Shown here: one piece after another, positions 34,610-42,934 of the stretch
Position numbering within the stretch: position 1 is the first letter of the stretch
How the letters are laid out: every line of letters starts with the position of its first letter
Origin: Alphaproteobacteria bacterium
GTDB lineage: Bacteria; Pseudomonadota; Alphaproteobacteria; Rickettsiales; SXRF01
DNA length: 64,000 bases
Assembly (NCBI GenBank): GCA_033763575.1
Contig: JANRKF010000013.1
Span: forward strand, 81,396-145,395
Reading direction: 5' to 3'
Position numbers and translations under genes: made by a program
Notes under the pieces: generated by a model
What the model was told of the DNA's origin: nothing
What the model saw: only the letters and a program-made list of their open reading frames with translations
Databases searched by the model: none

Positions 34610-35635
34610 ATGAATGACGTAAGCATAGCGACGATTATCAATAATATCCAAAACCGGATTGAAAAATTCGCGAAGACCAGCGAGACCATCGCCGGGCAGA
34701 CAAACCTGCTGGCGCTCAACGCCACCATCGAAGCCGCACGCGCGGGTGAAGCGGGCAAAGGCTTTGCCGTGGTCGCCGGCGAGGTAAAAAGCCTCGCCAC
34801 ACAGGCCGCAAGCAATTCCAAAGAACTGCGCACGCTGGTCATCAAGGAAATTCAGGCGCAGACGAGCGTGCTGCAAAAACAATTTGACGACAAGGAATAT
34901 AGCCGCCTGTCGGAAATGTCGCAAACGCTGGTGCAGCTGATCGTGCGTAATTTATATGAGCGCACGGCGGATGTGCGCTGGTGGGCGACCGACGATGCGC
35001 TCTACCGCTGCCTCGAATCGCTCGACCCCAAGGATGTTGACCACGCCACCTACCGACTCGGCCTCATCAATCGTTTTTATTCCGTCTATATGAACCTCGT
35101 GCTGGTAGGCACCGACGGTAAGGCGATCGCCTGCTCGCAGCCGGATATTTATGGCAAAGTCATCGGCACCGATATGTCGAATGTGAATTGGGTGAAGCGT
35201 GCGCTGGCCACCAGCAGCGGCGATGAATATATCGTCGACGATATTTTCCGCGACCCGATGCATAATAATAAGCTGGTTGCGGTCTATGCCACGGCTGTGC
35301 GTGAAGGCGGCAAAGTGGATGGCAAAGCGGTGGGCGCGCTCGGCGTGTTCTTCGACTGGGAGGAACAAGCCCGCGTCATCGTCGAAAGCGAGCCTAACCT
35401 AAGCAGCGAGGAGTGGACGCGTTCCCGCGTCATGCTGCTCGATCATAACCTGCGCATTATTGCCGCTTCTGACCATGAGGGGCTGCTTACCCCCTTCCCG
35501 CTCAAAGCCGGTGGGCAGCAAAAAGGATTTTATTTCGACGATAACAAATCGCTGGTCGCCTTCGCCAAGACCATCGGTTACCAGGAATATGACGGGCTGG
35601 GCTGGTATTCCGTCATTGTGCAAAAGCCTAAGTAA
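34610..35635 (+). CDS. Soluble protein with an MCP signalling-tip fragment fused to a C-terminal Cache/PAS-like sensor domain
   Basis: N-terminal ~90 aa contains the invariant chemoreceptor hairpin tip [34 protein letters not shown]. The rest ([14 protein letters not shown]...) looks like a ligand-binding domain. No TM or HAMP. Confidence 0.65.
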   Translation: MNDVSIATIINNIQNRIEKFAKTSETIAGQTNLLALNATIEAARAGEAGKGFAVVAGEVKSLATQAASNSKELRTLVIKEIQAQTSVLQKQFDDKEYSRLSEMSQTLVQLIVRNLYERTADVRWWATDDALYRCLESLDPKDVDHATYRLGLINRFYSVYMNLVLVGTDGKAIACSQPDIYGKVIGTDMSNVNWVKRALATSSGDEYIVDDIFRDPMHNNKLVAVYATAVREGGKVDGKAVGALGVFFDWEEQARVIVESEPNLSSEEWTRSRVMLLDHNLRIIAASDHEGLLTPFPLKAGGQQKGFYFDDNKSLVAFAKTIGYQEYDGLGWYSVIVQKPK

Positions 35636-35638
35636 TCA

Positions 35639-35776
35639 TCACACCTGATTAGCCGGAGCGCGACGGTCGCACGGGGAGCCTTCGCCGCCGACGCACGGGC
35701 TTTTCAGCTCCGGCGGCGCGTTGCTGCAAGAGGCGAGTAATACACCAGAGAGCAATACAAGAGCAATTATTTTCAT
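35639..35776 (-). CDS. Small lipoprotein (45 aa)
   Basis: Not in the ORF track (under 60 aa). ATG 35776 has a GGAGG RBS 5 nt upstream. MKIIALVLLSGVLLASC|SNAPPELKSPCVGGEGSPCDRRAPANQV has a lipobox LLASC. Confidence 0.55.
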   Translation of the reverse strand: MKIIALVLLSGVLLASCSNAPPELKSPCVGGEGSPCDRRAPANQV

Positions 35777-35939
35777 CGGTGCCTCCATTTTTTGTGAAGT
35801 CACTATATAAAAAATCCTTTGAAAACACCAGCCTTTTTCTATTTGTCCCGAACAAAGACAGAAAATGCGTTTTCTGTTTATTTCATTTTAAACGAAGCGA
35901 GGTAGAAACATCTGGTCGTCCACCCATCATGGAGTCTTT

Positions 35940-36572
35940 ATGAAATTACCGTATCTTCTTGGCCTGCTGCTTGTGACCGCTATCAATACATCCTCCGCTT
36001 GCGCCACCGAGGCCGGAGACTGGGTCGTCCGCGCCCGCGCCGTCGGCGTGTTGCCTCAGGAGGATGCGGACATCACCGGCGCCGTCACCGGCAGCTCGAT
36101 CGATATCGAGAACTCTCTCGTGCCGGAAGTCGATATCAGCTATTTTATTACGCCCAACATCGCGATGGAGCTGGTCCTCGCCACCACCCCGCACGATGTC
36201 AGCGCGCAAAATACCAGCTCTGGAAATCTTGATCTCGGTAATGCATGGCTGCTGCCGCCGACGCTCACCGCGCAATATCACTTCACCGATTTCGGGGCGT
36301 GGAAGCCATATGTCGGCGCGGGTGCAAACTACACTATTTTTTACAAGGAAAAAGCGGCAGGCTCCTCCATCGCCGATATCGAGTATGACAACAGCTTCGG
36401 CCCGGCTCTGCAAGTCGGCATGGATTACATGATCGACGAACGCTGGATGCTCAATATCGATATCAAAAAGATATGGATCAATTCCGACGTGAAGATCAAC
36501 GGCGGTGCCGTTCGCGCCGATGTTGACATCAACCCATGGCTGGTCGGCGTCGGCGTGGGCTACCGTTTTTAG
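35940..36572 (+). CDS. ompW: OmpW-family outer-membrane protein
   Basis: Signal peptide plus W.VR.R...V.P...beta-strand pattern, LLPPTLTAQYHF..FGAWKPYVGAGANY, and a terminal GVGVGYRF. Confidence 0.85.
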   Translation: MKLPYLLGLLLVTAINTSSACATEAGDWVVRARAVGVLPQEDADITGAVTGSSIDIENSLVPEVDISYFITPNIAMELVLATTPHDVSAQNTSSGNLDLGNAWLLPPTLTAQYHFTDFGAWKPYVGAGANYTIFYKEKAAGSSIADIEYDNSFGPALQVGMDYMIDERWMLNIDIKKIWINSDVKINGGAVRADVDINPWLVGVGVGYRF

Positions 36573-36669
36573 GTACAAGCTATTATTCGGTCGGTGATGA
36601 GAGCGCAGCAGGCGCGAACCAGCCATGAGCAAGCTTCATGCGATTTGCAGGAGCAAATCGCGGAAGCAG

Positions 36670-37812
36670 CTATAAAAGCTCCTCATACACCGCCAGCGTT
36701 TTCTCACACATGGTATCGAGTGAAAAACGCTCCGCCTGCTTGCGCGCATCGCGGGCGATGTGCTGCTGCATCGTTTCATCCAGCCCCATCACGTTCTCGA
36801 TCGCGGCGGCGAGCGCCCCCACATCACCCGGCGGCACCAGAAGACCTGTTTCCCCGTGAATCACCGTTTCCTGAGGCCCGCCGTGGCTGGTGGCGATCAC
36901 CGGCTTGCCCATCGCCTGCGCTTCCAGCACCACGCGGCCAAACGCCTCCGGCTCAATCGATGTGGCAACCACCACCCGCGCCAGCATATAGGCCTCGGTG
37001 ATATGCTGCGTATGCTCGGCAAAGCGCACATGCTCCTCCAGCCCCAGCTCGGTGATGAGCGACTCCAGCTCGCCGCGATAGCTCCCGCCTTTTTTATCGT
37101 CGCCTAAAATCACCGCGAAGAAATGACGGTGCGGCAGCGCGGCGAGTGCGCGCAGGAACACGTCCTGCCCTTTCCAGCGGGTGATGCGGCCGGGAAATAA
37201 AATCACCGGCAGCTCCATCGGCAGCCGCCATTCCTTGATCAGCGCGTCCATCCGCTGGTGCGAAAATAAATCGGGGGTGAATAAATTCAGATCCACCCCG
37301 CGATGGATGATGCGGATATTGGCCGGATCGACCGCATAATTCGCCTTGATATGCTCGGCGATGAAATTGGAAATGGCGATCACCCGCTCGCCCTTCACCA
37401 TCACGCTGTTATAGCGGTGCTTGAAACGGTTCTGGATGCCGTAGGTGCCATGGAAGGTGGTGACGAAACGGCAGCCGGTCTTATAAGCCGCAAGCCACGC
37501 GCACCATGCCGGCGCACGGCTTCTGGCATGCACGATATCCACCCCATGCTCGCGGATGATGCCCACCAGCGCACGCGCATTGCGCCACACGGTGAAGGGG
37601 TTTTTGCTATCGAGCGGCAGGGTGATATGCTCGGCGCCAAGGCGAAACAGCTGATACATCATCTTGCCGCCGCTGGAGGCGACCAGCGCCCGTCCGCCCG
37701 CCTGCTGGATGGCACGGGCGATTTCCACCGTACCGCGCTCTACCCCGCCGCTGGAAAGAGCGGGCAGCACTTGCAGAATGACAGGGGGCTTTTTATCGTG
37801 CATGGGGTACAT
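36670..37812 (-). CDS. Glycosyltransferase family 4
   Basis: ILQVLPALSSGGVERGTVEIA... and a C-terminal EX7E region EPEAFGRVVLEAQAMGKPVIATSHGGPQETV. The start is set at the ATG with a GGAGG RBS. Confidence 0.8.
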   Translation of the reverse strand: MYPMHDKKPPVILQVLPALSSGGVERGTVEIARAIQQAGGRALVASSGGKMMYQLFRLGAEHITLPLDSKNPFTVWRNARALVGIIREHGVDIVHARSRAPAWCAWLAAYKTGCRFVTTFHGTYGIQNRFKHRYNSVMVKGERVIAISNFIAEHIKANYAVDPANIRIIHRGVDLNLFTPDLFSHQRMDALIKEWRLPMELPVILFPGRITRWKGQDVFLRALAALPHRHFFAVILGDDKKGGSYRGELESLITELGLEEHVRFAEHTQHITEAYMLARVVVATSIEPEAFGRVVLEAQAMGKPVIATSHGGPQETVIHGETGLLVPPGDVGALAAAIENVMGLDETMQQHIARDARKQAERFSLDTMCEKTLAVYEELL

Positions 37813-37854
37813 ATACACCTCCCCCCATCAAGTGCAAGAGGGGCATGGATAGGC

Positions 37855-37901
37855 TTGACATGCATTATTAACGTACGTATAATGGTACAAATAATTGTAC
37901 A
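37855..37901 (+). promoter_or_regulatory. Consensus sigma-70 promoter plus TGTACA-type operator of yefM-yoeB
   Basis: TTGACA (37855-37860), a 17-nt spacer, TATAAT (37878-37883), immediately followed by GGTACA (37884-37889) and TGTACA (37896-37901). Confidence 0.6.
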
Positions 37902-37914
37902 TATTGGAGATGCT

Positions 37915-38172
37915 ATGGAAGTGGTCAACTACACGGAAGCGCGTGCGAATTTGAAGCAACTCATGGATAAAACCTATGACGATTCGACGCCGATCATCAT
38001 CACCCGCCAGCGCGGCGCAAAGCCTGTGGTGATGATGTCGCTCGACAGCTATAATTCCATGGAGGAGACGATGTATCTGTTGCGAAGCCCCGCGAATGCA
38101 AAATTCCTGCGTGCGGCGGTGGAAGACGTGCGCAAGGGAAAATACAAGAAGCATAAATTATTGCCTGCATGA
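37915..38172 (+). CDS. yefM: Phd/YefM-family antitoxin
   Basis: MEVVNYTEARANLKQLMDKTYDDSTPIIITRQRGAKPVVMMSLDSYNSMEETMYLLRSPANA is canonical YefM. Confidence 0.88.
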   Translation: MEVVNYTEARANLKQLMDKTYDDSTPIIITRQRGAKPVVMMSLDSYNSMEETMYLLRSPANAKFLRAAVEDVRKGKYKKHKLLPA

Positions 38173-38429
38173 ATGTCTGCTTCCATCCCAAGGCGTGGCA
38201 GCAATATGTCGAATGGCAGGTTTATGACAAGCAGGTGCTCAAAAAAATCAACCACCTCCTCAAAGACATCCAGCGCTCCCCATTCGAGGGTATCGGCAAG
38301 CCCGAACCCCTCGCCTATGAGTTTTCCGGTTTCTGGTCGCGGCGCATCACCGATGAGCACAGGCTGGTTTATACTATCGATGACGGCAACATTATCATCG
38401 TGCAATGCCGTTATCATTATGATGGCTGA
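38169..38429 (+). CDS. yoeB: Txe/YoeB-family toxin
   Basis: ...AWQQYVEWQVYDKQVLKKINHLLKDIQRSPFEGIGKPEPL...GFWSRRITDEHRLVYTIDDGNIIIVQCRYHY(DG). ATGA overlap with yefM. Confidence 0.9.
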   Translation: MNVCFHPKAWQQYVEWQVYDKQVLKKINHLLKDIQRSPFEGIGKPEPLAYEFSGFWSRRITDEHRLVYTIDDGNIIIVQCRYHYDG

Positions 38430-39386
38430 ATGATGGCTGAATTTCTTGAAACCCCCGCCCATCCGCTCGCCTACCGCACACAGGAAGGCAGCGGCCCCAC
38501 GGTGATGTTCTGCACCGGCTTCATGTCGGACATGGCGGGCACCAAGGCCGAAACGCTTTCCACCCATTGCGCCGCACGCGGGCAATCCTTCATCCGCTTC
38601 GATTATTCCGGCCATGGCCAGTCCGGCGGCGATTTCATGGACGGCACCATCGGCCAGTGGAAACGCGATACGCTGGCGGTGCTGGACGAACTAACCGAAG
38701 GGCCGGTGGTGCTGGTGGGCTCCAGCATGGGCGCATGGCTGGCCCTGCTCGCGGCGATGGAAAGGCCCGAACGCATCAAAGCCCTCATCGGCATTTCCGC
38801 CGCGCCGGATTTCACCGAACGGCTGATCTGGCAGAAGCTCGCCGCCGCCCAGCAGCAGGAATTGCTGGAAAAGGGGGTGTTTTACGCGCCATCCTGCTAT
38901 GGTGAAGCGCCCTACCCCATCACCCGCAGGCTGATTGAGGAGGCGCGGTCGCACCTGCTTATTACTCCCTCCCCATCCGCCTGCGCGCAAGCGCTGCGGC
39001 GGGACAAGTTAGGGGGAGGGTCGGGGCTGCGCCCCCCGAAGCCACTGGACATAGGGGGGTGGAGGCATCCACGCTCGGATGGAGAAAATAATGCCCCCCT
39101 CCTAACCTCCCCCCTACAGGGGGAGGATATTCCCATCCACCTGCTACACGGCACAAGGGATGAGGATGTGCCGGTGGAAATCGCCCATTTGCTGGTTGAA
39201 AGGTTAAAATCGTCATCCTGCGGCCCACAACGTGGGAGCACAGTATCCATGGATTCTGCGCAGCCTTCCGGCTCGCAGAATGACAATACAAGAATACAAC
39301 TCGCCCTGATTGAGGGCGGCAACCACCGCTTAAGCGAACCCGAAGATTTGCGCTTGCTTTGCCGTACCGTTTGTGATATTAGTTAA
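38430..39386 (+). CDS. Alpha/beta-fold hydrolase carrying two in-frame repeat-element insertions
   Basis: GSSMGAW nucleophile elbow, HGTRDEDVP (Asp) and GGNHRLS (His). The frame stays open across elements at 38966-39126 and 39212-39284. Confidence 0.75.
   Translation: MMAEFLETPAHPLAYRTQEGSGPTVMFCTGFMSDMAGTKAETLSTHCAARGQSFIRFDYSGHGQSGGDFMDGTIGQWKRDTLAVLDELTEGPVVLVGSSMGAWLALLAAMERPERIKALIGISAAPDFTERLIWQKLAAAQQQELLEKGVFYAPSCYGEAPYPITRRLIEEARSHLLITPSPSACAQALRRDKLGGGSGLRPPKPLDIGGWRHPRSDGENNAPLLTSPLQGEDIPIHLLHGTRDEDVPVEIAHLLVERLKSSSCGPQRGSTVSMDSAQPSGSQNDNTRIQLALIEGGNHRLSEPEDLRLLCRTVCDIS
38966..39126 (-). mobile_element. Family-1 palindromic element inside the hydrolase CDS (inverted relative to 21824-21958)
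   Basis: Its reverse complement aligns by eye with 21829-21954 at about 85% identity. The terminal hairpin loop holds an extra ~33-bp palindrome (ccgcctgcgcgcaagcgctgcggcgg). Confidence 0.8.
39212..39284. repeat. Family-2 variant element inside the hydrolase CDS (GTCATCCTGCG...CTCGCAGAATGAC)
   Basis: gtcatcctgcggcccacaacgtgggagcacagtatccatggattctgcgcagccttccggctcgcagaatgac. It has the same termini and central atccatggat core as 13373-13464. Confidence 0.7.
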
Positions 39387-39411
39387 CAATATTTTAATAT
39401 TGTGAGTTTTT

Positions 39412-39873
39412 ATGATAAAAAATATGTCCAATACCGATACGGTGCTTGATGATGGAGAACTGACGATACTCCACCGACTGGCTAAAATGAATACACCCGA
39501 TCAAATCATTGGTGATGTGTATTGTTATAACATCGGTAACAACGAAGAGGAAGCAAAGCGCTACCAAACGCTTTTTGATACGTTAATCGCGGCTGAAATA
39601 ATTACGGACGTTTTTAAAGCAGGAGTTTATGCTGATGATCCGGAGGTAAAAGACGCGCCTCCTGATCACTATGAAATTCACGTTACAGAACATCAACTAC
39701 AACAAATTGCACACTACATAAAAACATTAGAACTCACTCGTAGCGACCGAACAAATCCGGGCAGGAGAGCAGCTGAAAAGGTCCAGCTTGCAGAACAGAG
39801 TGGGCACTATCAACGCATCATCGAAAGAAGAGCAGAACAGAACGGTGAGCCATTGCAACCATCTGTGAGTTGA
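39412..39873 (+). CDS. Hypothetical protein (orphan, AT-rich)
   Basis: 153-aa ORF in a clearly AT-rich patch. No family recognised. Confidence 0.4.
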   Translation: MIKNMSNTDTVLDDGELTILHRLAKMNTPDQIIGDVYCYNIGNNEEEAKRYQTLFDTLIAAEIITDVFKAGVYADDPEVKDAPPDHYEIHVTEHQLQQIAHYIKTLELTRSDRTNPGRRAAEKVQLAEQSGHYQRIIERRAEQNGEPLQPSVS

Positions 39874-39934
39874 CAATCCGTGGCTAGCAGCTAAAAGTGG
39901 CGGCAATTTCAACCGCTAACCAATGGCCTGCCTC

Positions 39935-41116
39935 ATGAAACCTACTACCAAACCCAATAATCCCTGTTTTTCCTCCGGCCCATGCGCCAAGCGTCCCGGC
40001 TGGAGCGTCGATGCGCTGAAAGACGCCGCGCTTGGCCGCTCGCACCGCGCTAAAATCGGGAAAAACAAACTCGCCGCAGTCATCGACCAGAGCAAAGCCA
40101 TCCTCGGCATGCCGGAAGATTGGGTGCTGGGCATCGTCCCCGCCTCCGACACCGGCGCGATTGAGATGGCCATGTGGTCGCTGCTGGGCAGCCGCGGGGT
40201 GGATGTATTCGCGTGGGAAAGCTTCGGTTCCACCTGGGCATCCGACTGCAAAAAACAACTGAAACTCACCGACCTCAATATTTACGAGGCGGGCTACGGC
40301 AAGCTGCCCGACCTCGGCAAATACAATAAATCGCGTGATGCGATCTTCACCTGGAACGGCACCACCAGCGGCGTGCGCGTGCCCAATGCCGATTGGATTG
40401 CCGACGACCGCGAAGGCCTCGTCATCTGCGATGCCACCAGCGCCGTCTTCGCCATGAACATCGCATGGAACAAGCTCGACGTGGTGACATGGAGCTGGCA
40501 GAAAGTATTGGGTGGTGAAGGCGCGCACGGCATGATCGCGCTTTCCCCACGCGCCGTAAAACGCCTGGAGGAATACACCCCGGCATGGCCGATGCCCAAA
40601 ATCTTCCAACTGACCAAACCTAATAAGGAAGGTGGGGGCGGTAAACTCATCGAGGGTATTTTCAAGGGCGAAACCATCAACACCCCGTCCATGCTCTGCG
40701 TGGAAGATGCGCTGGATGGCCTGAGCTGGGCGGCCTCGGCAGGCGGCATCAGCGGGCTGGTGAAACGCTCGGAAGCCAACCTTGCCGCACTCGCCGCATG
40801 GGTGGAGAAAACCGCGTGGGTGGATTTCCTGGCCGAAGATAAAGCCACCCGCAGCTGCACTTCCATCTGCCTGAAAATCGTCGACCCGGCCTATCAGAAA
40901 CTCGCACCCGACGCGCAAGCCGAGCTTGCCAAGAAACTGGCCTCGCTGCTGGAAAAAGAAGGCGTGGCCTATGATATCGGCGCCTATCGAGACGCACCGG
41001 CGGGCCTGCGTATCTGGGGCGGCGCTACGGTGGAAACCAAGGACATCGAAACCCTCACCCCATGGCTCGACTGGGCATGGGCCGAGGCAAGCGCCGGACT
41101 GAGCAAGGCAGCGTAG
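39935..41116 (+). CDS. serC: Phosphoserine aminotransferase (alphaproteobacterial long type)
   Basis: [24 protein letters not shown]...GRSHR...[19 protein letters not shown]...[10 protein letters not shown]. Confidence 0.88.
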   Translation: MKPTTKPNNPCFSSGPCAKRPGWSVDALKDAALGRSHRAKIGKNKLAAVIDQSKAILGMPEDWVLGIVPASDTGAIEMAMWSLLGSRGVDVFAWESFGSTWASDCKKQLKLTDLNIYEAGYGKLPDLGKYNKSRDAIFTWNGTTSGVRVPNADWIADDREGLVICDATSAVFAMNIAWNKLDVVTWSWQKVLGGEGAHGMIALSPRAVKRLEEYTPAWPMPKIFQLTKPNKEGGGGKLIEGIFKGETINTPSMLCVEDALDGLSWAASAGGISGLVKRSEANLAALAAWVEKTAWVDFLAEDKATRSCTSICLKIVDPAYQKLAPDAQAELAKKLASLLEKEGVAYDIGAYRDAPAGLRIWGGATVETKDIETLTPWLDWAWAEASAGLSKAA

Positions 41117-41119
41117 ACC

Positions 41120-41401
41120 ATGGGCGCAGATATTCATTCTTATGAATTTATCATGCGCCTGAAGTCGTTACCATGCGTTGAGTCGCTTTATCTGTTTGGT
41201 TCGCGTGCCCGCACCGACCACCGGGAACGTTCGGATATTGACATTGCGGTGAAATTACGCGCCAATACTGCGGAGGATTGGCGCAAGGTCATGGATATCA
41301 TTGAGACTGCGGATACATTGCTTGAGATTGACTGCGTGAATCTGGACGAAGCGGAGGAAGCGCTTCGTCAAAAAATCGAAACGCAGGGAACATCGTTATG
41401 A
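41120..41401 (+). CDS. MNT-type nucleotidyltransferase (HI0073-like antitoxin)
   Basis: LYLFGSRARTDHRERSDIDIAV is the GSx10DxD minimal nucleotidyltransferase motif. It starts 3 nt after the serC stop. Confidence 0.8.
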   Translation: MGADIHSYEFIMRLKSLPCVESLYLFGSRARTDHRERSDIDIAVKLRANTAEDWRKVMDIIETADTLLEIDCVNLDEAEEALRQKIETQGTSL

Positions 41402-41799
41402 ATGAAATGCTGGCGGCTGCTTTTGAGAATGCAGGCAGTGCTATCGCCCGGTTGGGCGAGGCTCTGGAGCAATCGGCGGGCGCTCCGAGCGGCTCGCTGA
41501 TGATTGACGGCACTATCCAGCGATTTGAATTTTCCATTGAAACGACGTGGAAGCTGCTGCGAAAAATCCTGCAAACGGAAAAAGTGGAGGATACTCTCAC
41601 CCCGAAGCAGATTATGGTGAAGGCCTATGGCTATGGGCTGATTGATGAGGAGGATGTCTGGCTGGCAATGCTGGATGACCGCAACCTGACATCGCATACC
41701 TATCGGCAGAAGCTCGCCAACGAAATATATGCGCGTATCCAAAAATATCATATTGTCATGCAGTCGACGTTCGACAAGCTGCAAAAAAAATATGGGTGA
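41398..41799 (+). CDS. HEPN-domain protein, HI0074-family nucleotidyltransferase substrate-binding subunit (toxin)
   Basis: TIQRFEFSIETTWKLLRKIL...MLDDRNLTSHTY (Rx4-6H HEPN motif). ATGA overlap with the MNT gene. Confidence 0.8.
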   Translation: MNEMLAAAFENAGSAIARLGEALEQSAGAPSGSLMIDGTIQRFEFSIETTWKLLRKILQTEKVEDTLTPKQIMVKAYGYGLIDEEDVWLAMLDDRNLTSHTYRQKLANEIYARIQKYHIVMQSTFDKLQKKYG

Positions 41800-41820
41800 T
41801 TAGTAAAGGGGCGTAATCCA

Positions 41821-42579
41821 ATGGTCGATTGGCAGCAACGGCATCTTGAAGAAGTCATGTCTGCGGATGATTTTCCGGCCCGTGTGCGTAAATATTTTCT
41901 GGAGGCCATGCTATACACGCTTCGGGAAATGCCCAAAGATGTGCATGAGCAGCGCAGGGTGATGCTGGAGCAAGACGATGGACACTTTCCGGACGGACGG
42001 CCAACAAACTACCGCACCGCAAAGTTTGCAAATTTACTGGAGCCAGGCTTTGTCAGCTTTCCACGCAGGGCGGAATTCTCCACCTCAACCACCCATCAAT
42101 GCGGATATCCGGAAGGGGGGGTAAGTTATGCAAGTGCCGCTACAATGCATCTCCTCGCTGAACCAGCCGAAAACTATCTTAATGATAGAGGTGGCGGAAT
42201 CATTAATCTTGGTATACGCCTGTCAGGTGATTGGTTGGGAGAGGCAGATTCCGAAAAGCCGGAATATTCCAAGCTCATTGCAAGTTTGCGGCTCGAAAAA
42301 TTCCTGCGGCACATAGCAGAAACCGCGGGTTTTATTGAAAAATCCCATAACGTCGTGCCAAGAGGTGAATTTGGGATAGATAGTTTTTATCAGGGCGATG
42401 ACTGTCATTGCTCGCTGCAGTTCCATACGAATGATTATGCAAAGCTTGAAGATACGCTAAAAAAAATGATCGCTGAGGTGCAGCCGAAAGTAGAGGCGGA
42501 GGCGGCACAGGACCCCACCCAGCAGGTGCTCTTTAAGCTGGGGATAACCCCGAAGGATGGCGGCCTCAAAATGGAGTAG
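41821..42579 (+). CDS. Hypothetical protein (orphan)
   Basis: 252-aa ORF, 21 nt after the HEPN gene. No family recognised. Confidence 0.45.
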   Translation: MVDWQQRHLEEVMSADDFPARVRKYFLEAMLYTLREMPKDVHEQRRVMLEQDDGHFPDGRPTNYRTAKFANLLEPGFVSFPRRAEFSTSTTHQCGYPEGGVSYASAATMHLLAEPAENYLNDRGGGIINLGIRLSGDWLGEADSEKPEYSKLIASLRLEKFLRHIAETAGFIEKSHNVVPRGEFGIDSFYQGDDCHCSLQFHTNDYAKLEDTLKKMIAEVQPKVEAEAAQDPTQQVLFKLGITPKDGGLKME

Positions 42580-42655
42580 CTGCAAATTTCTGCTTGCCAT
42601 TGCCCATAAAGCGTTTCTACATAGGCTCCCCCAATTATCGAACGGAGTAACAACC

Positions 42656-42934
42656 ATGAGCAAGAAACCTAATCGCGTTGGCGGCGTCGCTGTCGATCAA
42701 CTGAAATCCATCATCGGCCGCGTCGAGCGCCTCGAAGAAGAAAAAACCGGCATCAGCGCCGATATCCGCGATGTGTTCGCCGAAGCCAAGGGCAGCGGCT
42801 TCGATGTGAAAGCCATCCGCCAGATCATCAAGCTGCGCAAACTTGATGCCAGCGAGCTGGAAGAGCAGGAAACCATTCTCGATACCTACCGCCGGGCGCT
42901 CGGCATGCTGCCGGAACTCGACGAAGCCGCTTAA
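42656..42934 (+). CDS. gapR: DUF2312 / GapR-type nucleoid-associated DNA-binding protein
   Basis: MSKKPNRVGGVAVDQLKSIIGRVERLEEEKTGISADIRDVFAEAKGSGFDVKAIRQIIKLRK is the canonical DUF2312 sequence. Confidence 0.8.
   Translation: MSKKPNRVGGVAVDQLKSIIGRVERLEEEKTGISADIRDVFAEAKGSGFDVKAIRQIIKLRKLDASELEEQETILDTYRRALGMLPELDEAA

Noticed and set aside
37303-38172. 289-aa plus-strand ORF ending at the yefM stop
   Set aside because: Only the last 85 codons (from ATG 37915, downstream of the consensus promoter) are YefM. The rest is antisense to the GT4 gene.
38952-39147. Target-site duplication (cacctgct) flanking the hydrolase copy of the family-1 element
   Set aside because: The 8-9-bp repeat is separated from the element ends by unequal spacers. 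It corresponds to a repeated HLL peptide motif, so it cannot be distinguished from chance, unlike the 17-bp duplication at plsC.
33813-39934. Separation of serA and serC by about 6 kb as evidence of an inserted island
   Set aside because: The intervening genes (GST, OmpW, GT4, hydrolase) are backbone-like in composition and mixed in orientation. I cannot establish the ancestral serC-serA adjacency for this lineage from the window alone.
39884-41137. 417-aa minus-strand ORF across serC
   Set aside because: It is an antisense shadow of serC with no motif support.
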